A stretch of 59,090 bases of DNA, the filler included. It is 7 parts of 7 records of this genome, joined end to end, with 100 filler letters (N's around TTAATTAATTAA, not from the genome) between each part and the next. Parts side by side here need not be neighbours in the genome. Positions count along the whole stretch, not along the records: positions 40,135 to 51,787 come from SRR31156797_72793; 6 more parts are not named here. One strand, given 5' to 3'. Under the pieces are notes generated by a model. The model was not told the DNA's origin. It made no database searches and saw nothing but the letters and a program-made list of their open reading frames with translations. Numbering within the stretch: the stretch's first letter is position 1; the number at the start of each line of letters is the position of its first letter. The position numbers and the translations under genes are program-made. Below, in pieces: positions 40,177-49,455 of this stretch.

Positions 40177-41307
40177 CTATTTTCTTGGCAGATGATACCT
40201 GATTATCAAATTTGCCCCAGTGCCTTTGGGAGGCTGCTCTAGTATTTCATCTCCCTCGTTTATCATTTGCCGCATAACATTACAACACACAGGCATTCTA
40301 TGATGAGGTCCTGGATAGCTTCCAACTGCCTTATGCAAGTTACCTGATCTCACATCAAGATAGGCTTTGCCTTCGGTAGTAGCATTTCTCAACTCCAAAA
40401 ATAGTTCGTTTTTAAAATCATCGGAGTTCGGTGCTTTATTATCGGTATTAGCTCTATTATCATATCTTACACGCTCATCAACTATTGGAGATGAACTTTC
40501 TTGAGGAAGAGATTCTTTCTCACTTACGTCATTATGATTGAATGACCTTTGTATTACAGAATCGGTAATTTGTGTATCTATATTATCACCATAGTAATAG
40601 TTGTGAACCTCAATAGAATCAGTGATACCTTTCTTCTTCAATTCCTCTATAGCTTCAGATGCATAGATTCTTGTACTTCTATCTGAATCGTTTAACATCT
40701 TTTTTAGAGACATTAATTCAATTGAATCTGAATTTGAATCATAAATGTCTTTCATTGCAAGATTCCTCAATGCAAATGTGGCAGCTTTACGACAAACAAC
40801 ATTTCTATCTGACAATAATGCAGTTAATGGGGATACGCTGGATTTATGTACAATATCCTGTTCTGCAAGATGCCCAATAGCAAAAGCAGCATTATATACT
40901 ACTTTATCGAATCTATCATGCAATCGTTCTGAAAAAAAAGTGATGGCATCATCAGCAAAAACACCATATTTGGTAAGAGCTTTCAAGGCAAATGTTGTGC
41001 TCCATCGTACATTTGTATCATGTTCTTTAGATAAATCAATTAATGGTTGTAGAGATTCTTCTTTATATGTATCTTTTTCTGCCATATCACCAATTGCAAA
41101 TGCTGCCTGAACACGAACCTCTTTATTTCCATTAGATAATAGTTCATTTATCTTATCAATAGAAGTTGAATCAACAATTCCCTTTTTAGATAATATTGAT
41201 ATTGCTTTTAGTGAAGCTAGTTGAGTTTTAGAATTGTTAGAACTGCGAAGTATTCGGACAATACTTATGATATCGCATTTATCTGTTAATTGCTTGATAG
41301 TTGGCAT
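40177..41307 (-). CDS. HEAT-repeat protein + shared motif + C-terminal ~80-aa conserved domain
   Basis: Repeats such as VRVQAAFAIG, VRWSTTFAL, VVYNAAFAIG, CRKAATFAL; then YYGDNIDTQITDSVIQRS; then SGNLHKAVGSYPGPHHRMPVCC...IRYHLPR. Confidence 0.85.
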   Translation of the reverse strand: MPTIKQLTDKCDIISIVRILRSSNNSKTQLASLKAISILSKKGIVDSTSIDKINELLSNGNKEVRVQAAFAIGDMAEKDTYKEESLQPLIDLSKEHDTNVRWSTTFALKALTKYGVFADDAITFFSERLHDRFDKVVYNAAFAIGHLAEQDIVHKSSVSPLTALLSDRNVVCRKAATFALRNLAMKDIYDSNSDSIELMSLKKMLNDSDRSTRIYASEAIEELKKKGITDSIEVHNYYYGDNIDTQITDSVIQRSFNHNDVSEKESLPQESSSPIVDERVRYDNRANTDNKAPNSDDFKNELFLELRNATTEGKAYLDVRSGNLHKAVGSYPGPHHRMPVCCNVMRQMINEGDEILEQPPKGTGANLIIRYHLPRK

Positions 41308-41338
41308 AGTATCAGCTCACCAATAATCCCAAATACTT

Positions 41339-42811
41339 TTATTTTGTGTTATTAATGTCCCGTCCACAGGCTGCACAAACTCCACTTGTGTTTCTTGCAT
41401 CCTTGCAATAAGGACATGCTTCTCGTTTGGAACCAATGTTGGTGCGTTGAACAACTGAATCAGTTATGTGTGTTTCTATATTATCTCCATAATGTATGTT
41501 GTTGACCACAGTCTGATTCTCAATATTTGTTGTTGCTTTCTTTCTGCTTTTAAGGAGTTTCCGACCAAAACCAATTGATATGACTAATAGAAGTACTATG
41601 AATCCAGCTTCTAACAATTGTGCATTGAATTCAATGTCTTTTGTAGAAATCGTATTTGCTGTACCGATGGATGAACTCTCACCACTAACTTGTGTAACAA
41701 CTTTTTCTGCAACACTTAGTTTCTCCATAGATGCGGAGATAGAAGCTGTAGAACCATCTTTTACTGTGACTGTTCGCTTTAAGTCCTTATATCCATCTTT
41801 AACAAAATTAATGGTATATTTCCCGGGGGATATGCCATCAAGATAGAGAGGTGTAACTCCTTTATAAGTACTCCCAAAATATACACTTGCACCTGATGGG
41901 GTAGAATCGATATCTATGTTGCCATTTTCTTTGACCAATGACTTTTTGTAAGTTGTCGAGGTGCCTGCACTGATATAAAATGTATCAGAAATATCCCTAT
42001 AATCATTCATAGTAATGGAGATGCCATGTGAACCGGGCAGGAGTCCATTAGATGTTAGTGGACTTAACCCCACATATTCATCATCAATATAGACTTTAGC
42101 TCCACTTGGAGTTGTAGATATACTAACACTGCCTGTCTTTTGAGAAAGGGTCTTGGTTATTGAGCTTTGAGAATCTGGTGCAACCGTGACACTAGCACTT
42201 ACATCATTATATCCTTCTTTTTTCAGAAGTATCGTGTGTTTTCCTTGCAGTACATCGTAAATAGTCATAGGCGAAGTGCCTTTATACTGTCCGTCAAGAT
42301 AGATAGCAACGTTTTGAGGATTTGTACTTACGGATATTGTACCATACGGATTAGCAATATTGAAATACTGGCTATCTTGTATGTAATAAGGTCCAAGCGT
42401 ATTAATGTTGAGCAAATCCATCTCATAGTATTTGACATTGATAATTATATTGTGACTCCCGGATGAAGCACTTTCTGTAACTTCTATAGGAAAAGTAAAT
42501 GTATGACTTGATTTTTTGTCAATCCTAGACACACTTTGACTGGAAGAACTTACAACGATTCCACTACTAGGTGAAACCTGAACTGATACTGTAATGTCCT
42601 TTACCCAATCACTTCCACTAACTTCTGATACAAGTACTTTTAAGTTAGAAGATTCTCCGGGATATAGGCTAGGAGTAAAACTAATTTGCGTATCTACCAC
42701 AGGTGTTCCTGCCTGTGCAGGAGAGACTAAAGCTAATAGAACTAACAGAACCGATATTGACTTTAATGGATTAATTGGAATTTTAAGCCCATAATATTTT
42801 TTAGTACCCAT
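41339..42811 (-). CDS. Membrane-anchored PEGA-domain protein with cytoplasmic shared motif and Zn ribbon
   Basis: Signal peptide (…LVSPAQA), Ig-like domain, three PEGA repeats (S.P.GA.VY.DG.Y.G.SP), TM helix, HYGDNIETHITDSVVQRT, CPYC...CAAC; start at 42811 avoids overlap with the next gene. Confidence 0.85.
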   Translation of the reverse strand: MGTKKYYGLKIPINPLKSISVLLVLLALVSPAQAGTPVVDTQISFTPSLYPGESSNLKVLVSEVSGSDWVKDITVSVQVSPSSGIVVSSSSQSVSRIDKKSSHTFTFPIEVTESASSGSHNIIINVKYYEMDLLNINTLGPYYIQDSQYFNIANPYGTISVSTNPQNVAIYLDGQYKGTSPMTIYDVLQGKHTILLKKEGYNDVSASVTVAPDSQSSITKTLSQKTGSVSISTTPSGAKVYIDDEYVGLSPLTSNGLLPGSHGISITMNDYRDISDTFYISAGTSTTYKKSLVKENGNIDIDSTPSGASVYFGSTYKGVTPLYLDGISPGKYTINFVKDGYKDLKRTVTVKDGSTASISASMEKLSVAEKVVTQVSGESSSIGTANTISTKDIEFNAQLLEAGFIVLLLVISIGFGRKLLKSRKKATTNIENQTVVNNIHYGDNIETHITDSVVQRTNIGSKREACPYCKDARNTSGVCAACGRDINNTK

Positions 42812-42902
42812 AATAGTTACCCAACCTACTGTCACCTTATTTAATAGCATAAGTAAATATATGAAGAATGTATTTATAATTTTTGAAAAGAGGTAAGAAA
42901 GC

Positions 42903-43352
42903 ATGCTTGATGTGACAGCAATTTTGACAGAGTATGGATATATCAGTTTATTCATTACAAGTTTCCTAGCATCTACTGTTCTTCCTCTTGGTTCCGAAGG
43001 CTTGGTAGCATTAATGGTCATTGAAGAATTCAATATCTACACAGTTGTTGTTGTGGCATCCGTGGCAAATTTTCTGGGAGCATGTACTTCTTATTATATC
43101 GGTTTCACAGGAAGAGGCCTTTTCATAAACAAATACATGCGTATATCCGATGAGCAGATTCAGCGGGCAGAAAGTAGTTTTAAGAAATATGGAGGATTTT
43201 CTCTTTTGTTCACTTGGCTCCCCGGTATAGGTGATGCTATAACTGTTGCGGGAGGGGTTTTAAGATACAGATTTGCTCAATTCGCGATCTTGGTATTTAT
43301 AGGAAAAGCATTTAGGTACATGCTTGTTGCATATATTGCTAGTCAGTATTGA
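42903..43352 (+). CDS. YqaA-family (DedA/VTT) membrane protein
   Basis: SFLASTVLPLGSE, WLPGIGDAITVAGG, GKAFRY; GAGGT RBS. Confidence 0.92.
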   Translation: MLDVTAILTEYGYISLFITSFLASTVLPLGSEGLVALMVIEEFNIYTVVVVASVANFLGACTSYYIGFTGRGLFINKYMRISDEQIQRAESSFKKYGGFSLLFTWLPGIGDAITVAGGVLRYRFAQFAILVFIGKAFRYMLVAYIASQY

Positions 43353-43501
43353 AACATTCAACAGTTTCAAACTAATTTATTTTTACAATAATCATCATTT
43401 TCCACGTAATGATTTTCACTGTGAATTGATAATATCGATTGGATTATCACTTTCACCCCACTTGCCACATCATCAAATATACATGAACCAATGTTTTATT
43501 C

Positions 43502-43702
43502 ATGCAACCAGACAGAATATTTTACGATAACTATCAGCATCGTATGAGGAAATCAACCCGAGAGAAAAGAACGCAAGCAGTCAAAAATAGAAGATATGCT
43601 TCGGCTCGACTTGACGAAAAACAGGGAAAATGCAGCAAATGCGATAAGCGTGATGTGTGTCACCTTATTGAGCAGGGATGTACTGATATTTGCAAATACT
43701 AG
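43502..43702 (+). CDS. Small basic Cys-rich hypothetical protein (66 aa)
   Basis: CSKC...C...C...C; fills the gap between genes, unconfirmed. Confidence 0.45.
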   Translation: MQPDRIFYDNYQHRMRKSTREKRTQAVKNRRYASARLDEKQGKCSKCDKRDVCHLIEQGCTDICKY

Positions 43703-43733
43703 TGCAAAGGGCACATTACATGAAGAATTATGG

Positions 43734-43787
43734 GATCGTGCCGGCTTTGCCGGACCCTTCGGGATGGTTTAAGTTAATCATGGCTTC
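43734..43787 (+). repeat. Structured dispersed repeat, copy 1
   Basis: GATCGTGCCGGCTTTGCCGGACCCTTCGGGATGGTTTAAGTTAATCATGGCTTC; near-identical to 49677-49731. Confidence 0.85.
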
Positions 43788-43848
43788 TTGCCAATACTAA
43801 TGCAAAAATATGAACTCTGATATATGATGAATCACTTTTACCAAAGGA

Positions 43849-45108
43849 ATGGTTCTTACTGCTATCCTAGTCAAAAGAAATGATCCCAGGTCCGAAGACG
43901 AAAAGAACGATCTTCAGATGAATGAACTCAGGGAGCTTGCCGGAGCAGCGGGCTATGAGATAATTGCTGAGCTGACCCAGACAAGACATCCTGACAGGAG
44001 GTATCATCTTGGCAGGGGTAAAGTTGAGGAACTGGCGCAAATGGTTGCAGCTCTGGGGCCTGATAAAGTGATTTTCCATAATCCTCTCAGCACCATGCAG
44101 ATCTACAATATATCAGAAACATGCCGCTGTGAGACCATTGACAAATTCCAGCTCATCCTTGAGATTTTTGCCACAAGGGCCACCACACACCGCTCCAAGT
44201 TACAGGTGGAACTTGCACGGCTGGAATATGAGCTTCCCCGTGCAAGGGCTGTTATTTCTATCATTAAGAAGGATGAAAGGCCTGGTTTTATGGGACTTGG
44301 TGGCTATGAGGACTCCTATGCCCAGGACGTAAAGAACCGGATGATCCGTATCAAAAACGAGCTTGAAACCATACAGAAGGATAACGAATCCCTCAGGATG
44401 CACAGGCATTCCAGAGGTTTTTCGCTGGTGGCACTTGCAGGATACACAAATGCCGGAAAAAGTACTCTTTTCAATGCCCTTGTGGATGAAAAAGTCGAGT
44501 CAAAGGACATGTTGTTCACAACACTTCTGCCCACCACCCGTTCACTGGATGTGCAGGGACGTGATGTCCTGCTAACTGACACAGTTGGATTTATTGAAGA
44601 TCTCCCTCACTGGATGGTAGATGCTTTCAGATCAACCCTTGATGAAATATTTCTTGCTGATGTTGTCCTGCTGGTTGTGGATTCCTCCGAAAGCCCGGAG
44701 GTCATACGCAAAAAACTGCTTGTATGCCATGAAACAATGTGGGACCAGTTACAGGATGTAGGTATTGTAACTGTATTTAATAAAACAGACCTCATATCGG
44801 AAGAACAGTTGCAGGAGCACATGTTAGACCTTGGTTACCTTGCTCCCAATCCTGTAGCAGTATCGGCAAAGTCAGGCTCAGGTTTTGATGAACTAAAGGA
44901 GAGCATAAGGAACTTGCTTCCGCAATGGGAACGTATAACACTGACATTTCCAAGTTCAGAAGAAGGAATGTCCCTGGTGGCCTGGATATTTGACGAGGGA
45001 CTGGTACATAGTGTCAATTACGACAATAACATTTCAATAGATTTTGAGGCACGGGACAAGATAATTAGCAAGGCCCGATCTGTAGCAGACAAGCTCTCCA
45101 GCAATTGA
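43849..45108 (+). CDS. hflX: GTPase HflX
   Basis: LILEIFA.RA, LQVELARL.Y, GYTNAGKST, TDTVGFI, NKTD, SAK. Confidence 0.96.
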   Translation: MVLTAILVKRNDPRSEDEKNDLQMNELRELAGAAGYEIIAELTQTRHPDRRYHLGRGKVEELAQMVAALGPDKVIFHNPLSTMQIYNISETCRCETIDKFQLILEIFATRATTHRSKLQVELARLEYELPRARAVISIIKKDERPGFMGLGGYEDSYAQDVKNRMIRIKNELETIQKDNESLRMHRHSRGFSLVALAGYTNAGKSTLFNALVDEKVESKDMLFTTLLPTTRSLDVQGRDVLLTDTVGFIEDLPHWMVDAFRSTLDEIFLADVVLLVVDSSESPEVIRKKLLVCHETMWDQLQDVGIVTVFNKTDLISEEQLQEHMLDLGYLAPNPVAVSAKSGSGFDELKESIRNLLPQWERITLTFPSSEEGMSLVAWIFDEGLVHSVNYDNNISIDFEARDKIISKARSVADKLSSN

Positions 45109-45167
45109 TTTCATACTGACTTAATTATTTTTGCATGGGCGATATATATAAATAATATCCAGTCGTT

Positions 45168-45280
45168 AGTATGATTGCGAACGGGATTAACTTCTCTAGT
45201 GTACCACCAATCCTATCCAACCACCCAACCACTAAAATTCTATTGCCCGTTCGCATTACTACAATTCTTTCTGTTTTGAA
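45168..45280 (+). ncRNA. Candidate archaeal sRNA
   Basis: TATA-like TATATAAATA near 45145; 10-bp stem TGCGAACGGG/CCCGTTCGCA enclosing a CCACC/CCAA-rich loop; T-rich 3' end. Confidence 0.5.
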
Positions 45281-45315
45281 AATATCTTTATAAACTCTGA
45301 AGACTATGGTATTTC

Positions 45316-45987
45316 ATGAAGTTTGACCTTCACGTTCATTCCTGCTATTCAAAGGATAGTAATGCCAGTCTTGACGATATACTGGAGTATGCAGCCAGAA
45401 ACGGGCTTGATGGTTTTGCCATTTGCGATCATGACCGGATAGAAGGAGGCATTGCATGTTCAAAAAGAGCACAGGTAATCGGCTCGGATATGATTGTCAT
45501 ACCCGGTGTTGAAGTCAGTTCTTCCAAAGGTCATATTCTCGTTCTTGGAGTCCGTGACAAAATAGAACCGGGCTTAAGTCCTGAAGAAACAATTAAAAGA
45601 GCACGTCAGCAGGGTGCTGTAGTCATAATACCCCATCCATTCAAAATGACATCCCATGGAATAGGTTACATTGAAGGACTTGATGCTGATGCAATAGAAG
45701 TGCTTAATTCACGATGTGTCACCGACGGTCCCAACAACAAAGCCAAAGAAGCCGCGCAGGAACTTGGATTTCCCATGGTTGGCGGCAGTGATTCCCATGA
45801 GCCGGAAATGGTTGGAAGGTCCTATACTGAGATAGATGTACAATCCAAAACAGTTGAAGGTGTGCTTGATGCTATCCGTGAAGGAAAAACCAGCCCAGGA
45901 GGTAGCAAAACTCCCATGTCTTTTGTAGTCAAGCAAATGTTTATTGGTCACGTGAACAAACTTAGCAGGCGCCTTGGTATGCGCTAA
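45316..45987 (+). CDS. PHP-domain metal-dependent phosphoesterase
   Basis: DLHVHS, CDHD, PHPF, GGSDSH. Confidence 0.92.
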   Translation: MKFDLHVHSCYSKDSNASLDDILEYAARNGLDGFAICDHDRIEGGIACSKRAQVIGSDMIVIPGVEVSSSKGHILVLGVRDKIEPGLSPEETIKRARQQGAVVIIPHPFKMTSHGIGYIEGLDADAIEVLNSRCVTDGPNNKAKEAAQELGFPMVGGSDSHEPEMVGRSYTEIDVQSKTVEGVLDAIREGKTSPGGSKTPMSFVVKQMFIGHVNKLSRRLGMR

Positions 45988-46004
45988 AAGAATTTGACCG
46001 GATT

Positions 46005-46712
46005 TTACAGGATGTCCTTCAGGATACCCGGTATATCCTCAGGCCTTTCCAGCACTGTTATTCCTTCAAGTTCCTTGATGATATCCACATTCCTTGCGTC
46101 GATATCCCTTACTTTCAGTTCCACAGGTCCTCCTTTAATGGCATTGAAATTACAGAGATCCTTGCATATCCCGCATCCGTTGCATTTGAGCAGGTCGATC
46201 TGATCAGTTATAGCACCATTAGGGCAATTATCCCTTGGAGGACACGGATCACATTTCTGGCAGAGTTCCCTGGCAATTCCAAAGGGAAGTTCTGATACTA
46301 CAACACCTGCAATGTCAACAGGTACAACATAAACCGGCACACTTCCTTTCACAGCCTGTGCAACAGCATTGCTGACAAGTGAATCCGCAGTTCCGTGGGC
46401 AATCTTGGATACGGTACTTGATGTAGCCGGTGTGACTATCAGCGCATCATATTTGTCAAGCAGAAACCTGCCCGTCTTTGGCCAGCTTTTGCCCTGTTGC
46501 GTTTCAAGGAAAATCTCTTCCAGATATTCCCCACAGGATATATTTTCCAGTTCATTTTCAATTCCGTACATCCTGACAACTTCTTCAGCGGCACTGGAAA
46601 GGAAAGTATTCACACGGACATCGTGTTCACTTTTGATCTTACTGAATACTTCAAAACTGGATGTAAGGAAATGTCCCGCTCCGGTAATTCCCCATGCTAT
46701 CGTTTTTGTCAT
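46005..46712 (-). CDS. dmrX: Dihydromethanopterin reductase (acceptor), archaeal Fe-S flavoprotein
   Basis: IAWGITGAGH, PATSSTVSKIAHG.ADSL, two ferredoxin Cys clusters (CQKC...C, CNGCGIC...C). Confidence 0.8.
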   Translation of the reverse strand: MTKTIAWGITGAGHFLTSSFEVFSKIKSEHDVRVNTFLSSAAEEVVRMYGIENELENISCGEYLEEIFLETQQGKSWPKTGRFLLDKYDALIVTPATSSTVSKIAHGTADSLVSNAVAQAVKGSVPVYVVPVDIAGVVVSELPFGIARELCQKCDPCPPRDNCPNGAITDQIDLLKCNGCGICKDLCNFNAIKGGPVELKVRDIDARNVDIIKELEGITVLERPEDIPGILKDIL

Positions 46713-46760
46713 AGGGAGAAAATAGTCCTTTTCGTATTAATAATCTTTTAATCCCTAAAA

Positions 46761-47348
46761 TCAGAGGAATTCATAGATAAGCTTCATTGCTTCCTTCTCA
46801 TCTTCCCCGCCGCACTTATCCACAATTTCACCGTAGGCTTTGATGAGCTTGAGATACTTTTCCTCTCCTGTAAGCTGGTATCTTGTTCCATGTATACAGG
46901 ATTCAATAACCCCTAAAAGTCCTCTGTTAGGTGCCCTGATGCGGCACTTGTTTATGTGGCTTCTTAAGGGAACAAGTTCTGTAACCATTGCATCTGATGT
47001 AAGCTTAGTATTGGTGCATTCAAAGGCTACCCAGCATTGTGCGTCCCTGAGAGTAACAACATTTCCGCAGGCAACATTTACAGTTTCGAACTCATCATCG
47101 TCAAGGTCTCCAAAAGTAGCATACACGAAAGTAAAAGGATCCCATACCACATTGGCAACTACCATTTTCTCAGAAAGGACATTGTTGTATGTTTCAGAAC
47201 CTTTGAACAGGCGCAAAAACAGTTTATCCTTCTTACGAATAATACCCATAGGTGCAGCATTCGGTGTCCACCCATGGTTTGTGGTCAATATAATCTCTGA
47301 GATGCCTTCATAAATGCCAAAATCCTCAAGGCTTAAGTTCTTAATCAT
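46761..47348 (-). CDS. DUF447-family protein
   Basis: GISEIILTT, PNAAPMGI, LFKGS.TY.N, NRG...VIE..IHGTR. Confidence 0.85.
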   Translation of the reverse strand: MIKNLSLEDFGIYEGISEIILTTNHGWTPNAAPMGIIRKKDKLFLRLFKGSETYNNVLSEKMVVANVVWDPFTFVYATFGDLDDDEFETVNVACGNVVTLRDAQCWVAFECTNTKLTSDAMVTELVPLRSHINKCRIRAPNRGLLGVIESCIHGTRYQLTGEEKYLKLIKAYGEIVDKCGGEDEKEAMKLIYEFL

Positions 47349-48304
47349 CAGAATCTGACTCCAGCAAGTAGCGAAATAAAGAGACCGGCAATGACTATAT
47401 CGGCTGTTGAGCCGGGATTTATCCTTTTATCAAGAAGTTCATTGTCCAGTTCTTCAATCATTGGTAATATAGTATTAAAGTTCTCATTGATTTTATATAT
47501 TTCTTCTATAATAGAATTTGCTCTTCCGGAAACATACAAAGCTGTTTCAGTATCACATTTTGTGCTGATAAAGGTGTCTTCGTTCTCAGAAAGTATCTTG
47601 AGAAACGCATAGACTGTAACATCGTTGATGTCAGCTTCAAGCCTGGGAACGTGGCGTCCTCTCATTCCATCGATTATTATTTCGGCACATTGTGCACATC
47701 TTTTAAAACCAGTGACCCATTCATTGGCAATTATGTCATAGCCCCTGGCAATATCCATGAGTCTGTACAGGGTCATGTCTTTTTCAGTAAGCTCTTTTGC
47801 AGCCTCGTTATCCCTTAGATCAAATTCATCCACAGGATTTACTTTGACTCCTGCTGTGTCAAAACAACTATAAAAGCTAACAGAATCTGACGCATCAGTG
47901 TTATTGACTATCCTGTACGCAGATTCGATGAGCTGCTGGATTGTGAATGTTTCATCTTCCTCAAATATTTCACCGGCAGCCATTGCAAGGGGAACCAGCA
48001 AAATAAATGCACCAAAATGTGTGTTCCCGCCCTTTTGCCAGTTTACACTTTCCGTAACAGCATGCTTTATGAGTCTGCCCACGCCTTTTGTATTTGAAGA
48101 AGCTTCCTCCATTACAGGATAAACAGCAGTGGCTGAGCTGAGGAAATGCTCGTAACGTGTGTCCTCATAATCATTGTGCCTGTCGATGTTTCCGGGTTTA
48201 GGGGATGCGGAAACCTCAAGACACATTGCAAGTTGTGCACATCTTGCAACATATGATGGAAGGGGATAGTTTCCCCTGTTTATTGTGTAAAGCTCATCAT
48301 TCAT
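47348..48304 (-). CDS. citG: CitG-family triphosphoribosyl-dephospho-CoA synthase-like protein
   Basis: LEVSASPKPGNIDR, GGNTHFG, DTFI, INPGSTAD. Confidence 0.88.
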   Translation of the reverse strand: MNDELYTINRGNYPLPSYVARCAQLAMCLEVSASPKPGNIDRHNDYEDTRYEHFLSSATAVYPVMEEASSNTKGVGRLIKHAVTESVNWQKGGNTHFGAFILLVPLAMAAGEIFEEDETFTIQQLIESAYRIVNNTDASDSVSFYSCFDTAGVKVNPVDEFDLRDNEAAKELTEKDMTLYRLMDIARGYDIIANEWVTGFKRCAQCAEIIIDGMRGRHVPRLEADINDVTVYAFLKILSENEDTFISTKCDTETALYVSGRANSIIEEIYKINENFNTILPMIEELDNELLDKRINPGSTADIVIAGLFISLLAGVRF

Positions 48305-48309
48305 TTCTG

Positions 48310-49455
48310 TTATTTCTGAATGCCGTTTATTGGTTTTTTGGCATTATTGATAATGTGTTCTGCCAGCTCTTTCTTAAGACGCATGTACTCTGAATCTGAA
48401 AGCCCCAGTGTTTCAAGTACTCCGTCCCTCAGGTAACAGGGTTTTGATATCTTACAACACCATGCAAGACTTCCGAAACATGTGCTGTCGCCGTACTCAA
48501 GCATGGTTCCTTTTGCAAAGTCCATTTTAGTATCTGCAAACTCCTGCGCGCTGTAACCCAGTTTACCAATGACATTATGAACAGGACATGGTTTTACAGG
48601 CAGGCAGCAGAAAGCAAGACCCCTGAGATCTCCTTCTCCTCTGCATACATGTTTTGGCGCATTGTACCAGCCCATATCTTCCTGCTGGGTAGATATACTG
48701 TTTACAAGCCTGCTGATAAGACTGTTATCGTCAAGTACGCCCCTGGCAACAGAAACCATTTCTGCTCCCCTTGTGAACATATCCTTTGCCATTTCAATAT
48801 CTGTAACCGAGTTGTTGCAGATAAGGAACATCCTGGTGGAATCCCTTACATTCTTTATCAGTTTAAGGTCGGCTCCTGCACCTTCCTCCATGGCATCAAG
48901 ATGGACTATATCAGTTCCGGCAGTTTCTATCTGCTGTACGAGTTCTATGTCGTCCACAACATTTGCGCGTACCTTGACTGAAAGCACAACACCGGTTTCT
49001 TTGATCTGCTTTATCCAGTCACAAAGCTTAGGAAGATCATTGAGAAGTGCCTGTCCGGCGCCTATGCCAGTCATTTCTTCCTGTCTGCAGTGTGCATCAA
49101 TTTCAAGAATAGCACCTGCATCCTTTACGACCTTTGCAGCTTCAATAAGAGGTTCCACTGTTGTACTTCTTACATTGACTGCTACAACAGGCCCGTCATT
49201 GACAGCCTTTATCTCGCTTTCAATAAGTTTCAATGGATCATTGGACTCGAATTCTTCCCTGCCCCTGACAACAATCTCAGATGCTGCTTTCTGCGTTGCA
49301 TCATCAAGGTTGTATCCACCTAGTATCACAAGGCCTGCATCCTTTGCCTTCTTATTTGCAAAACTACTGTCGGTTATCCCACCCATTGGGGCAAGTGCTA
49401 TGGGGTTTCTGAATGAGATGTCCCCTGCTTTAATATCAAAAAGATCATCTGACAC
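48310..49455 (-). CDS. Dus-like TIM barrel fused to methanogenesis marker 9 Cys-rich domain
   Basis: ALAPMGGITD, EIDAHCRQ.EM; C-terminal HVCR.GDLRGLAFCC.PVKPC...TCFGSLAWCCKISKPC. Confidence 0.85.
   Translation of the reverse strand: MSDDLFDIKAGDISFRNPIALAPMGGITDSSFANKKAKDAGLVILGGYNLDDATQKAASEIVVRGREEFESNDPLKLIESEIKAVNDGPVVAVNVRSTTVEPLIEAAKVVKDAGAILEIDAHCRQEEMTGIGAGQALLNDLPKLCDWIKQIKETGVVLSVKVRANVVDDIELVQQIETAGTDIVHLDAMEEGAGADLKLIKNVRDSTRMFLICNNSVTDIEMAKDMFTRGAEMVSVARGVLDDNSLISRLVNSISTQQEDMGWYNAPKHVCRGEGDLRGLAFCCLPVKPCPVHNVIGKLGYSAQEFADTKMDFAKGTMLEYGDSTCFGSLAWCCKISKPCYLRDGVLETLGLSDSEYMRLKKELAEHIINNAKKPINGIQK

Noticed and set aside
42812-43033. N-terminal extension of the PEGA ORF
   Set aside because: Overlaps the divergent yqaA gene and promoter; the signal peptide follows Met at 42811
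43700-43702. TAG stops in the methanogen contig (also 40177-40179) as pyrrolysine read-through
   Set aside because: Another stop follows within a few codons and there is no homology continuation
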